This document shows positions 30,680 through 41,185 of a stretch of 64,000 nt of DNA, piece by piece. The DNA is taken from positions 16,341-80,340 of IMG/VR virus record IMGVR_UViG_3300026484_000402. One strand, 5' to 3'. Numbering within the stretch: the stretch's first letter is position 1; the number at the start of each line of letters is the position of its first letter. A model generated the notes under the pieces. It searched no databases and was not told the origin of the DNA. It saw only the letters and a program-made list of their open reading frames with translations. Source of the stretch: a virus. The translations under genes were made by a program, and so were the position numbers.

Positions 30680-31258
30680 ATGGCATTAGATTTAGAACAA
30701 TTGGCAGAAGAATCAACTGAGACAACAGAAACACCAAAAAACAATGAACATTCTGAAAACGTTAAAGAAAAAACAAAAGAAAAAAAATCTATTTTTGATG
30801 AGGCGTCTCAAATATTGGAATTACCTTTTGAGGTTGCTATGCAAAATCTAAAAGTTAGTGAAGAGGATATACTAGAAGCGGGAAAACAGTTGTTTATTAA
30901 TGGTAATTTCGAATATAAGTTAAAACTACCTTTTGGAATGGAAGTGATTCTAAAAAGTAAAAAAGCCCTTGATGAAGTAGATTACTATACCTTTCTGTAT
31001 GATGCAATGCAAAAAGAACTAAGCATGGAAGAATTTAGATATATGTTAAACATAAGAAACCTTGCTCACTGTATTGTTAAGCTTGGAGATAAAGATATGT
31101 CTAAGATGACTTTTGATGAAAAGGTTGATTATTTACTATCATTACCATCACCATTGATAGCTTCAATTTTAAATCAGACCCAAAAATTTTGGAGTTTAAT
31201 GTTGTTAATGATGCATAAAGATTTTGTGGGTTTTTTAATGGAAAAAGAGGGGCAGTAA
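30680..31258 (+). CDS. Putative tail assembly chaperone (gpG-like)
   Basis: 192 aa; ends about 8 codons after an in-frame G GGT TTT slippery heptamer. Confidence 0.6.
   Translation: MALDLEQLAEESTETTETPKNNEHSENVKEKTKEKKSIFDEASQILELPFEVAMQNLKVSEEDILEAGKQLFINGNFEYKLKLPFGMEVILKSKKALDEVDYYTFLYDAMQKELSMEEFRYMLNIRNLAHCIVKLGDKDMSKMTFDEKVDYLLSLPSPLIASILNQTQKFWSLMLLMMHKDFVGFLMEKEGQ
31228..31234 (+). other. Programmed -1 ribosomal frameshift site GGGTTTT
   Basis: X XXY YYZ in the correct phase; the -1 frame opens after TAA at 31216-31218 and is continuous to 31503. Confidence 0.7.
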
Positions 31259-31503
31259 TATACTGGGCGTTAAAGCGTCTAGACAAAATGGATTCCCCTC
31301 CAGATGACGCTTTAGAAAATTTGGTTTTTGAGCAGTTAATATATTTGAAAAAATATTCCAAATTTTTAGAAATTATAATTCCTACACGTTTAATAGAAAA
31401 AGCTATAATGTTGCCTAACGTAAAAGAAGAGTTTAGAAAAGATTTAGAAGAACAATCTCAAGAGAATTTAAAAGAACTGATAAAAGGACTAATAATTGAT
31501 TAA
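31228..31503 (+). CDS. Frameshifted extension (gpT-like part of a gpGT fusion)
   Basis: -1 frame GFFNGKRGAVIYWALKRLDK-MDSPPDD...; the ATG at 31288 has no obvious RBS. Confidence 0.62.
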   Translation, partial: GFFNGKRGAVIYWALKRLDKMDSPPDDALENLVFEQLIYLKKYSKFLEIIIPTRLIEKAIMLPNVKEEFRKDLEEQSQENLKELIKGLIID

Positions 31504-33343
31504 GTTTGACAGGTACTCTCCGCTGGCAGAAGTTTTTAAAAACGAGTTCAATATTAAACCTTTTGATGTTCAATATTGTTTTGAAAAACATTTAATATTA
31601 TATAAAAATAAATATTGGTTTGATACGGTTACTTCATTTATTAATTTTATTAAACCCAAAATGGATATTGAATATTTTATAAATGAACACAAGACAATAA
31701 TATCCCCTCTTGAAACTCTAAGAATGGAAGAATATAAGCAAAACCTAATCAATATAGATAAGATTATATCTCAAATACCGCATCAGGACAAAGGAAAAAA
31801 TTACTTAATAGTTACAGAATCAACTTCTATTAACTTCAAAGATAAAACTGTAAAAATACCAAAATACGGAAGATTGTATTTTGAAAAAAACTTTGCAAAC
31901 CAAACTACAGGTCTTTTTATTACAAATAAAAACGGTCAGATTTTATTTTATGTTAGAGCTGCTTCCTTGTTATCTAAACCATTAAATTTTGACTCAACAA
32001 AAATAAATAAAATATATTTTGACTACAATATGGATATAAATCAATTCACTAAAGAGGAAGACACTATAGTTGTGAAACCAAATCAATTTTTATTACTTGA
32101 AGATATTGTTAAAAAAAATAAAAGAATAATAAAATTTTTTATGAGAGGAAAATTAACAGGAAAATTTTTATTAAAACATCAAGATATTATATGGGCAATG
32201 TATAGAAACTCTCCTGTAAATGGCGAATTAATTTACGATTCTATTTTATCAGGAGATTATACGCCTAATGAAATTACCCTAATAAAGAAAATGTTGTATG
32301 AGTTAGATATAACTAAATATATACATCCAAAATATTATAATGATTTTAGAAATTTAATTGTTTCTCTTCAAAGAAAAATTAACGAGAAAAAACAAATATA
32401 CAAATTAACCAATAAATATATTATAGTTAGAGATTTTAAAACCATTAAAGAAAATAAAGCAAAATATCTTTTTGACGCTTTTTTTGATTATAAACATATT
32501 TCAAAAGATGAAATTTTAGTAAAATCAAAGACGTTAAAATTCAAACAAAAATTAACTCACGCCAATATTCCTCAAGTTGCATTTAAAATAATGCAAAAAG
32601 TATCTCATACTGAGCTTTTTAATGAAATACGTGAATATGTATCAGAATCTTTTAAAATTCAATACGGGATGGAAATAGTTTTATTAAAACTTTTAAACAA
32701 ACACAAACCTTTCTTTTTTGGTAATTTCAATAACACTTTTCATATGGTTGGTAAAAACGGGACATTAAAAATTATATATGATAAAAAAGTGGAATTAATT
32801 AAAGATGTTAAAAATCAAAAACAGTGGGTTAAATTCAACAATTTTAAAAGTTTTTATATTTATAAAACAGATTTATCCTTTAATTTAAATAGATTACTAG
32901 ATTTTGTTAAACAAGCAACATATATTAAAAAACCTGTTATTATAGATAATATTTTAAAATTAATTATTGCTGGACCAACTTATCATTTGTTTAATATTGA
33001 TTTTGATTTTCCTTTGTATGTAAAGGAAGGATGGCATTCTAAAAAATTATTTCACTTATTAAACGCTAACGGGATAATTGACATTCCTTATCATAAAACG
33101 TCTTACAGTAATATTCACCCTTTTTATACCGACCATAGATTCGGTGTTTATAAAAATAAAGAGCTAGAAAAAAAAGCCAAAAGGATATACAGGGAAATAA
33201 AAAAAGAAGATATTAAAAATGCACAAATAAATTTTTTGTTACAAAGTATAAAAAATGGCCCTGAGGAATTTGATAAAAAGAAGTGGAAAGAATCTTTTGA
33301 GAAGACCTGGTCTTTTATTTTAGAAGAGGGAATAACGGTTTAA
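31496..33343 (+). CDS. Hypothetical basic protein (615 aa)
   Basis: Long ORF with TTG start after AAGGA; no motif recognised. Confidence 0.65.
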   Translation: MIKFDRYSPLAEVFKNEFNIKPFDVQYCFEKHLILYKNKYWFDTVTSFINFIKPKMDIEYFINEHKTIISPLETLRMEEYKQNLINIDKIISQIPHQDKGKNYLIVTESTSINFKDKTVKIPKYGRLYFEKNFANQTTGLFITNKNGQILFYVRAASLLSKPLNFDSTKINKIYFDYNMDINQFTKEEDTIVVKPNQFLLLEDIVKKNKRIIKFFMRGKLTGKFLLKHQDIIWAMYRNSPVNGELIYDSILSGDYTPNEITLIKKMLYELDITKYIHPKYYNDFRNLIVSLQRKINEKKQIYKLTNKYIIVRDFKTIKENKAKYLFDAFFDYKHISKDEILVKSKTLKFKQKLTHANIPQVAFKIMQKVSHTELFNEIREYVSESFKIQYGMEIVLLKLLNKHKPFFFGNFNNTFHMVGKNGTLKIIYDKKVELIKDVKNQKQWVKFNNFKSFYIYKTDLSFNLNRLLDFVKQATYIKKPVIIDNILKLIIAGPTYHLFNIDFDFPLYVKEGWHSKKLFHLLNANGIIDIPYHKTSYSNIHPFYTDHRFGVYKNKELEKKAKRIYREIKKEDIKNAQINFLLQSIKNGPEEFDKKKWKESFEKTWSFILEEGITV

Positions 33344-34103
33344 TTCTAGCATCGTTTGAAGGAATTATTTGAGCTGTTATTTGTGTTGATGTTCTAACTC
33401 CTCCAATAGATGCTTCATTAGCGTTTTTTATTTCAAAAAACTCTCTTGTTGTTAAATCAAACATTATACTACCTAATACAAAATCAAGCCTACTAAATGT
33501 AGTATATATAGCTAAATTGTAAAAGGTAATACCTTTATCTGTAATTACTTGTTGTGATTGTGTTTTTATTCTTCTAGCTTTAAAATAAATAGGGATATAA
33601 TGGTTAATTTGCCCTGTTCCATTACACATTGAACAATTGGTAGATATTCTTTGCCCCAGGTCATCATCATAGCATTCTGGGCACGGTTGACTTTCCAAAT
33701 TCTTTACAAATAATGCGCATTCAGTTCCAGAAATCGACCAAAGTCTTTCAAAGTCGAACATTAACTTATTTACTATTCCATATAAATCTTTTCTTCCTTT
33801 TGGTTCTAATTTAAACGCTGAAGATGTTTCTACAACTTTACCATCTTTTAATAATTCGAAATAAAAATCTTTATAAAAGATAAAATCAAATTCAATCATA
33901 TTTACTTCAACTTCATAAATATCATCATCTTTTTTTATCAAAATATTATTCTTGGATTTATCATTAATCAAATCGTATGAATCCATTTCTATTGTTGTGT
34001 TTTCAGTTTTCATTTTTAGAACAATGGTGTCGTATTCAGAATCTGTAATTATCTTAAACTCAAGATTCCCTGCTGTAATTAGTAATATTTTAATATCAAT
34101 CAT
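33315..34103 (-). CDS. Cys-cluster virion protein, possibly neck/head-tail
   Basis: CPECYD..CSMCNGTG zinc-ribbon-like insert; role inferred from context. Confidence 0.45.
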   Translation of the reverse strand: MIDIKILLITAGNLEFKIITDSEYDTIVLKMKTENTTIEMDSYDLINDKSKNNILIKKDDDIYEVEVNMIEFDFIFYKDFYFELLKDGKVVETSSAFKLEPKGRKDLYGIVNKLMFDFERLWSISGTECALFVKNLESQPCPECYDDDLGQRISTNCSMCNGTGQINHYIPIYFKARRIKTQSQQVITDKGITFYNLAIYTTFSRLDFVLGSIMFDLTTREFFEIKNANEASIGGVRTSTQITAQIIPSNDARIKPLFPLLK

Positions 34104-34543
34104 AATGAAATACTTTCATCATTATATTTTATTTCATTATTTGTAATTTCAATGTTGTCTTTGTTTTCTGGAGAAACAATCACATTATCTCTATAAATTG
34201 AAATAGTGCCCTCTATTTTATCTGTTTTATATTTTATATTAGAGATATTAGAAGCTGCATTCACAATTAAAGGGGTTTCTGAAATTTTATTATTTAAATC
34301 TACAAAAAAACTATTAATTAATTTTATATTTTCATTTAAAATAGGAATTATGTTTTCTATCCTGTCTATTTTTTTCAATTCTATTATAGGCATTTCAAAT
34401 CCTTTTTCTTTTATCTTGTTAATATAATAATTTATTGACAACTCTATATCATCTAACATAGAATTAACACTGTTTAAACTTAAACTATCTATAGAATTTA
34501 TTTTTTTAAAAAACACTTTTAATTCAGCTATTATTGATACCAC
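34100..34543 (-). CDS. Hypothetical protein
   Basis: 147 aa, coupled within the operon. Confidence 0.6.
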   Translation of the reverse strand: MVSIIAELKVFFKKINSIDSLSLNSVNSMLDDIELSINYYINKIKEKGFEMPIIELKKIDRIENIIPILNENIKLINSFFVDLNNKISETPLIVNAASNISNIKYKTDKIEGTISIYRDNVIVSPENKDNIEITNNEIKYNDESISL

Positions 34544-35144
34544 TATAATCCCTTAATACTTTAATATATGCTTGTTTCATTTTGTCTTGTAATTCTTTTC
34601 GCTTAGAATAATATGTGGTTTTTGGTAGTCCCGTATATTTGTATGCTTTTTCAGGGCTCATATTTTGTGTAATTGTATGCAATATTTTTTCCTCATCCTT
34701 AGAAAGTCCATGCAATAAATCTTTTGGATTAATGTTTATTTTAGAAGTATCAACTCCATGCACAATAGCTACGTGCTGATTATTTTCAAGTATATTTTTT
34801 ACTTTAGATTCAGGTATTTTTAATTTTTTTGCAATATCGTATGTTGTTGGAGTGATATGCTTATAAGTTTTCATTTCTTTATAGGTATTAATAACTTTAT
34901 TTTCTAAACTTTTAGAATATTCCGTGGTTTTTACTAATCCTCCTTTTGCTTGAGCTGCCCTACTCATTTTATTCATATATGATGCTAAATGAGTTTGAAA
35001 TTGAGATTTATTAGGGTCATAAGTTTTCACCGCCTGATTATACAGTCTCTCAATATGAAAATCCAACATAGCAGGAGAAAAATGTCCCTCATATTTAGTC
35101 TTATAATAAGACAATAATTTGTTTTTTTGTTTTTCATCTAACAC
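34524..35144 (-). CDS. Sigma-70-family (group 3-like) phage sigma factor
   Basis: Region 2 LYNQAVKTYDPNKSQFQTHL; region 3 PTTYDIAKKLKIPESKV; region 4-like LSKDEEKIL..GLPKTTYY. Confidence 0.75.
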   Translation of the reverse strand: MLDEKQKNKLLSYYKTKYEGHFSPAMLDFHIERLYNQAVKTYDPNKSQFQTHLASYMNKMSRAAQAKGGLVKTTEYSKSLENKVINTYKEMKTYKHITPTTYDIAKKLKIPESKVKNILENNQHVAIVHGVDTSKININPKDLLHGLSKDEEKILHTITQNMSPEKAYKYTGLPKTTYYSKRKELQDKMKQAYIKVLRDYSGINNS

Positions 35145-35145
35145 T

Positions 35146-36111
35146 TTACATCCTTGTAGCTACATCTTTATATGATTCCATTTTGTTGCGGTTATGATAT
35201 CTATCATATAATACTCCTCCCGTCAAACCAACACCTATTGTATCATATATCATATTACTTTTGTGTTTGTCTATTTCTTTTGTTAATTTTTTATAATCGG
35301 GATGACTTTCAGCTAATTCACCATAATCTTTTTTAAGCTGCTCTAAATTTTTCATAGCACCTCTATACCTTTGAAAACTGGTTATAATTGGAACATATGA
35401 AGCTCTTTTTTGTATCATATTAGGAATATTAGCAACATCATCAATATATGGAGTATATTTTAAAGCAGGATTCATTGTATTCTTTTCATTTGTTTCTTTT
35501 TGTTGTTTTTTCTTATGTAAATAATATGAAATTGCAGGAATAGCAGACAATCCCAGACCAATCAGGTTACTTCCTTTTAAAAATCTGCTAAATTTACTCA
35601 TTTTTATAGTAGGGTTAAAAGCTTTAAATCCCTCCCCTATTTCTTTAACACCTCTTTTTAGATGTTCGGCAGGATTAAAGGCATGTTTTAGATTTTTAAA
35701 TAATTCAGCCTTATGTTTAGAATTAATAATTTTTTTACCGGCATCCATTCCATGCATCATAGCCCCAAACGAATATACACTTCCTGCAGCAGCTGGAGCA
35801 TATATCATTCCTGCATGTAGCAAACTTGGTTTATCATCTTCTCTCATATATTTTTCTCTTAAAGCTTGTGATGCCTCATTCCCTGCATAAGAAGCTGCAG
35901 CTCCAGTTATACCTCCTGCAAATCCTCCAGCAAGCCCCCCTCCTATATTTTTAGCTATCCCCTTTATTTTACTTGTGTTTTTGTCTATTTTATCAAAAGC
36001 ACTCATAGTGCCAGTAAGGGCGGTATTAATTAGTGTGTCATTTTTTATTTGCTCATATGGATTTTTTTTATTTATTTGTTGTACATTATTATATTGTTGT
36101 ATCTCTGACAT
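35146..36111 (-). CDS. Putative virion internal protein with glycine-zipper helices
   Basis: GGGLAGGFAGGITGAAA; IGLGLSAIPA; QKRAS motif before the last domain. Confidence 0.5.
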   Translation of the reverse strand: MSEIQQYNNVQQINKKNPYEQIKNDTLINTALTGTMSAFDKIDKNTSKIKGIAKNIGGGLAGGFAGGITGAAASYAGNEASQALREKYMREDDKPSLLHAGMIYAPAAAGSVYSFGAMMHGMDAGKKIINSKHKAELFKNLKHAFNPAEHLKRGVKEIGEGFKAFNPTIKMSKFSRFLKGSNLIGLGLSAIPAISYYLHKKKQQKETNEKNTMNPALKYTPYIDDVANIPNMIQKRASYVPIITSFQRYRGAMKNLEQLKKDYGELAESHPDYKKLTKEIDKHKSNMIYDTIGVGLTGGVLYDRYHNRNKMESYKDVATRM

Positions 36112-36124
36112 TTGTCTGCTCCTA

Positions 36125-36418
36125 TTAATATTGTGCTTTTATTTTATAATATGTGTTAATTATAACACCATTATTATTAATTGTAAACCATCCATAATAT
36201 GTAGTAGGTCTTGTTAGAAAATCATTAGTATTATATACAAAAATTATTTTATTCCCGTTTATCGATTGTGGAGAAACTTCTTTTATTTTGTCACTTAAAC
36301 CCTGTGCCATATTCTTTCTATAAAGGGTTAATTTAATATTAGATGCATTGGGAGATAGATTATCTATTTCCACATTTAATGTTACAGTATCTCTAACTTT
36401 ATGTTTAAATATAATCAT
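36125..36418 (-). CDS. Small Ig-like (BppU N-terminal-like) structural protein
   Basis: 97 aa all-beta pattern; TYYGWFTI. Confidence 0.45.
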   Translation of the reverse strand: MIIFKHKVRDTVTLNVEIDNLSPNASNIKLTLYRKNMAQGLSDKIKEVSPQSINGNKIIFVYNTNDFLTRPTTYYGWFTINNNGVIINTYYKIKAQY

Positions 36419-36428
36419 ATTTATCTCC

Positions 36429-38207
36429 TTATTTCCCTATTTTCTTGGTTTCAATAATTTTTCCGTATTTATCTTTAATTGTCATTATTCCAACATTTGA
36501 ATTGTCATTGGATAGATTTCCACTATATGTTATATTTCCATTTTTATCTGTTATCGTTATATGATTATCGTTTGATTGGTTTTTTAGTTCATTTGATAAA
36601 TCTTGCTTTGATATAATGTTGCCATTTTTATCTTTAATTATAAGACTATTTGCAATAGTGTCATTTTTTCTATCGTCTGGTTTTATTTTATCTATGATAT
36701 TACCATCTTTATCTTCAATTATCAACGTTTCTAAATCAGATTCATTGTCTTTATAATTTAATATATCATTATATATCACATCTCCATCTTTGTCTTTTAT
36801 AATCAAGCATCCACCATATTGAGACTCTGTATTGTTTTCTGACACTTCTTTATCTATTTCTTTTTCTATGTCAGTTAGGGTTATTTTAATAAAATCATCT
36901 TTTAGTTCTGTGCATAATAAATTTGAAACAACCTCAATTCCATCTGATGTAGGTATAAATTGCACACTAGTTGAAAGCACTAATAAATCAACTTGATTTA
37001 TTTCTAATTGTTTATATTCTTCATAATTAAAATCGTTATATTTTTCTAAAACAAAATTATCTTCGGGAGCTACATTAACTACAGAATATACCGGGGCTAT
37101 TCCTACTATGGAAACATTTGTTGAGACTGTATTAATTCTATTTTTTAGACTTGATATATATTTTAAATAAGCTAGCAACAGTGAACTGCCTTTATATTCT
37201 GAATCAGCAGAAGAATTATCTTTTTTAGCTTTTAGTCCTAAAATCTTACTTTTGTTTATTTCCAGTGGTTCTTTTTGTTTTTTCTCTTTTATTTTTACAT
37301 CAACATTCGTAAAAAACGACATTAAAGGTGATGAGATTGAATATTGATAATTTCCTCCTATAGCAGTTGAATGGCTTAAATTTGTATCTTTTAAAAACGA
37401 AATTACGTGCTTATTTGCCCAGTCGTCATATTTTATAGAACCATTAAATGGATTAGCACTTGAAATTCCCCCTTCATTATCTAAAGTGTAACTAATAAAG
37501 GTGATGTTTTTTGAATAATCTACAGTTTCATTCAATGATAGCACAGATTCAACATTGCTAGGAATGCCGTTATCTTTAGAGAACAATTCTTCTAGAGTAT
37601 ACATAGTAAAAGATGGTTGCGCCATATCTAAATCAACTGGGAAATCTTGAACTATTCTTAATCCCATATTCTGATATAAAACATTTAAGATTTCGTTTAC
37701 ATTTATATATGAATTAATCATATTAAATAACATTTTAACTGAATTTGGGTTTATTGTTAATTTGTTTAAAATAAAATTATCAGTATCTTTTAGCATTTTT
37801 GATTTTTTTATAAAAATCTTATCAGTATCTTCAAGTTTTTCTGCTTTATAAACCAAATTTAACAATTGATTTATTAGGTCTACCGGAGACAAAACAATAT
37901 TTGCATCTGCTGTAATAATTTGTAGAAAATCAGCAGAATTTATAACTGGAATATCTGTAATTTTTGAGAGAGTAGATATTGGGTAATTTCTATTCATATA
38001 TACAAATAATTTAGGGATTAAAACAGAAGTAGTTCCTATATTTGATGAACTAACTTGGGAAATCCCTTTTGTTTCTATCCAACCAATATTGTTACTAATT
38101 TCAGGCTTTGATACATATGTTTTTGATATAGAATAAAAAGTACTTATTTGCGCATTAAAACTATTAATTGAAAGCTGAGTTAAATTTTCAAAATATTTTA
38201 AATTCAT
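36429..38207 (-). CDS. Structural protein with five C-terminal IxDK(D/N)GNI repeats
   Basis: IIKDKDGDVI, IIEDKDGNII, IIKDKNGNII, TITDKNGNIT, TIKDKYGKII. Confidence 0.6.
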   Translation of the reverse strand: MNLKYFENLTQLSINSFNAQISTFYSISKTYVSKPEISNNIGWIETKGISQVSSSNIGTTSVLIPKLFVYMNRNYPISTLSKITDIPVINSADFLQIITADANIVLSPVDLINQLLNLVYKAEKLEDTDKIFIKKSKMLKDTDNFILNKLTINPNSVKMLFNMINSYINVNEILNVLYQNMGLRIVQDFPVDLDMAQPSFTMYTLEELFSKDNGIPSNVESVLSLNETVDYSKNITFISYTLDNEGGISSANPFNGSIKYDDWANKHVISFLKDTNLSHSTAIGGNYQYSISSPLMSFFTNVDVKIKEKKQKEPLEINKSKILGLKAKKDNSSADSEYKGSSLLLAYLKYISSLKNRINTVSTNVSIVGIAPVYSVVNVAPEDNFVLEKYNDFNYEEYKQLEINQVDLLVLSTSVQFIPTSDGIEVVSNLLCTELKDDFIKITLTDIEKEIDKEVSENNTESQYGGCLIIKDKDGDVIYNDILNYKDNESDLETLIIEDKDGNIIDKIKPDDRKNDTIANSLIIKDKNGNIISKQDLSNELKNQSNDNHITITDKNGNITYSGNLSNDNSNVGIMTIKDKYGKIIETKKIGK

Positions 38208-38214
38208 AATTCAC

Positions 38215-39684
38215 CTAAAATAAATAAGTTTTTTCAGCTGCTATATTAATTCCGTTATTAATATTTACAGCCTTACAAGGCAACTCATTGTTTACACATA
38301 TAGGAGATGTAAAGAAATAATTATCATCATCCAAAAAAGAAACTTTATTACTTAAAATATTCAAAAATTCTAAATTTGAAACTAAAATTCCAGCGTTCAT
38401 ATTGTTAAATAAAGTGACAAGCAAATTAACGTTTGCTAATGTTGCAGGAATTCCTGAAATCGGTTCAATAAAAGAATATAGAACATCATCACAATATTTG
38501 TTTAATCGTCTAGATGTTATTAAATATATAAAAAGTTCCGTATATATTTTTTCAGTATTTGGTTCAGTTAAATCAGCATATTTTAGATAATCGAATAAAT
38601 TTGAATTTACACTTTCTGTCGCAGCGTTTGTTGAGTGTTCAGAGTATCTGTTTTTAAAAAATTCATTTCTTTCTTGGTACATCTTTTTAAAGAGAGATTC
38701 AAACGAATCACTAGTCTGAATTAACTTATATAAATAATCCATATATTTTCCGGTAAAAGTATTGTTTTTAGTTAAATAGTTTTTGGCATCCATATTTATT
38801 TTTAACGATTCTTGTTTACTAATTTTAAATGTTCCTAATTTAGCTAAAAAAGCTGAATGAGATATTACAGAATTTAATTCTGTCGAATCAATTACTGTTA
38901 ATTGTTTTAAATTATTTAAATTTTTTAGAATTACTTCATTAGATATTGCTGTATCTGTAATAACTGAATTTAAATCACTTAATAAAAATGTTTTTATATT
39001 TGAAAATTCGACAACAGTATCTGTATTTGATAAGCTAAAAGATGAATCTAACACAGAAAAAATGTTGGTATTTATACTTTTTAAAACATTAACATACATA
39101 TTTTTATTCTGTTTGTTTATAGATGATAAGATATTTCCAATTCCAATATTAACAATACTGTCATCTGTGAATTGTTCTAATTTTTTAGAGAATATCTTAA
39201 ATTTTATAGTTTTATCGTTTTTTATATAATAATTGTTTTTAAACCATTCAAATGATGGTATTTGAGCGTCTTTAAAATCGGAAGAGCTTATTTCATCTGT
39301 ATATGTAAATTCAAACTCATTTATTTGTGATAATTCGGCAAATGTTTTTGATAATTCAGCAATTAATTTATCTACATTATCAACAAGAAAAACAGTATTG
39401 TTTTTAATGCGTGAATAATCACATTCTATATCGTTGTTAAATAATTTTATTTTTATATCAGTTAAAGCAGACCATGTATTATCTTCGGGAACAACTTTAA
39501 GCCCTCCTCCTATTTGTATTTGTTCAATAGAGGATGAAAACACAGGAACGGGCATTATTGTTTTTTTTCTGCTTTCAAGATAATTATTTACAAAATCCTG
39601 CAACGTTTCATCAATATAAGTAGTGGAGGTGTCTATATAATCTATTATAGATTTGTAATAATCAAAATCAAAAGTTACATTCAT
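38215..39684 (-). CDS. Hypothetical protein
   Basis: 489 aa ORF with RBS. Confidence 0.65.
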   Translation of the reverse strand: MNVTFDFDYYKSIIDYIDTSTTYIDETLQDFVNNYLESRKKTIMPVPVFSSSIEQIQIGGGLKVVPEDNTWSALTDIKIKLFNNDIECDYSRIKNNTVFLVDNVDKLIAELSKTFAELSQINEFEFTYTDEISSSDFKDAQIPSFEWFKNNYYIKNDKTIKFKIFSKKLEQFTDDSIVNIGIGNILSSINKQNKNMYVNVLKSINTNIFSVLDSSFSLSNTDTVVEFSNIKTFLLSDLNSVITDTAISNEVILKNLNNLKQLTVIDSTELNSVISHSAFLAKLGTFKISKQESLKINMDAKNYLTKNNTFTGKYMDYLYKLIQTSDSFESLFKKMYQERNEFFKNRYSEHSTNAATESVNSNLFDYLKYADLTEPNTEKIYTELFIYLITSRRLNKYCDDVLYSFIEPISGIPATLANVNLLVTLFNNMNAGILVSNLEFLNILSNKVSFLDDDNYFFTSPICVNNELPCKAVNINNGINIAAEKTYLF

Positions 39685-39696
39685 ATCGATTCCTTA

Positions 39697-40386
39697 TCAT
39701 ACATATTTAAGTGCATGTTTTTTTATATCAAAATTACCATATTCTAATTCGCTAACGGCCTCGTCATAAAGTTTTCTATCAAGACCAGGAAATGGTAATT
39801 TTTCTTTCAAAATATCTTTTGCTGCTATATTGCCATCATAATCATAAAGCTCTATTTTAGAACTGCCAGGCCTTAAAGTAAACCAATTATTTTTTTTAAA
39901 ATCACAAACAAAATAGAACCCAGCTTTATTCTTAACTATAAATTTTTCTTTGGCAGTCCCAACAGCCAAATATATGTCTACTTTTTTAGGATTAATAGCT
40001 ACAAGCCCTTTTGTAACAGGTTGAACTTCATCAGACCCTTCTTCATAGCCACCTATGTCTCTTTTATAACATACTGAACTAACCTCTACTCCTACATTAA
40101 ATTTTTCATGGATAAACAATTTACCATCAACTAATTCAATAGGGTATGTAGATATAAAAATGCCTATATTTTTATTTGACGACATTTGTTCTTCCGTCAT
40201 CATTAAGAGTCTTTTTTTGTCATCCCATTTAACACCTACATAAAAGAGATGCTGATTTTCATAGGTAACTTTTCTATTGTCTATTACTCCTATATCCATT
40301 CTGCCTTTTACTGTTAAGGCAATTCCAGAAGGTATGTTTTTTTCTTTTTTACTCAATTGCGCATTAAAGATTACTTTAGCCATCAA
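39697..40386 (-). CDS. Hypothetical protein
   Basis: 229 aa ORF. Confidence 0.65.
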   Translation of the reverse strand: MMAKVIFNAQLSKKEKNIPSGIALTVKGRMDIGVIDNRKVTYENQHLFYVGVKWDDKKRLLMMTEEQMSSNKNIGIFISTYPIELVDGKLFIHEKFNVGVEVSSVCYKRDIGGYEEGSDEVQPVTKGLVAINPKKVDIYLAVGTAKEKFIVKNKAGFYFVCDFKKNNWFTLRPGSSKIELYDYDGNIAAKDILKEKLPFPGLDRKLYDEAVSELEYGNFDIKKHALKYV

Positions 40387-40690
40387 TATCCTTTGTAAAA
40401 TTGTATATTTTAAAATCTCTTAAATACATCAATTGATAAATTAAACCGGAATCATTTTTTATTGCACTTTCATATTGAAAATTATGTTGATTTAAATACG
40501 GATTTATTTTATTTTTTTTTGTATTTGAAGAAAAAACATCACTTTTTGCAACTATATCAAATTCAGTTTTCTCTGCATTAAAAAAATTATCTATTTGGGA
40601 ATTTTCTTTATATAAAAAACCCTCCCTATGAAGCTGATTAACATCTTTAAAAAACCCATTTTTAATTAGCTCCAAAACATCATTTAACAT
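40376..40690 (-). CDS. Hypothetical protein
   Basis: 104 aa, tightly packed in the operon. Confidence 0.6.
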   Translation of the reverse strand: MLNDVLELIKNGFFKDVNQLHREGFLYKENSQIDNFFNAEKTEFDIVAKSDVFSSNTKKNKINPYLNQHNFQYESAIKNDSGLIYQLMYLRDFKIYNFTKDIDG

Positions 40691-40691
40691 T

Positions 40692-40946
40692 TTATTCCTC
40701 TATTATTGGATTTTGTTCAACATCAGATTCTTTAACAATTACAGAATATGTAATTATTCTCGTTACGGTTCCCTGCATATCTGTACTTTCTATAGTTTCA
40801 ATATGCTCATATCTATTATCTGTTAAAAGTTTCTGCATAAATTCCTCATATAGTTCTGCCACAGAAAAATCAGCAAAAATGAACATTTTTGTTTTTATTA
40901 CTTTCTTATATCCGTCTAACCCGAAAGTGCCAAAAACGTCCATCAT
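40692..40946 (-). CDS. Hypothetical protein
   Basis: 84 aa, tightly packed. Confidence 0.6.
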   Translation of the reverse strand: MMDVFGTFGLDGYKKVIKTKMFIFADFSVAELYEEFMQKLLTDNRYEHIETIESTDMQGTVTRIITYSVIVKESDVEQNPIIEE

Positions 40947-41185
40947 CCTCTTCTATCTCTGGCCATAATAGCAGATTTTACCATTTTTAAATATGGAGCA
41001 ACTTTTCTTGCTACTTCTCCGCTACATTCTCTTAATTTTAACTGAAGGGCTGAGACCTGTTGTAAATCCAAATTATCCACCATCCAATTAGGGCTTTTAC
41101 TTTCAAAAAAATGTCTTAATTTTGTGCAACTCCATCTTCCAATATCTCCTACATTCATTTTATTCTCCTTTGTAAAAAGTTCCAA
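40943..41185 (-). CDS. Hypothetical protein
   Basis: 80 aa; the true start may be the internal MNVGD. Confidence 0.55.
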   Translation of the reverse strand: MELFTKENKMNVGDIGRWSCTKLRHFFESKSPNWMVDNLDLQQVSALQLKLRECSGEVARKVAPYLKMVKSAIMARDRRG

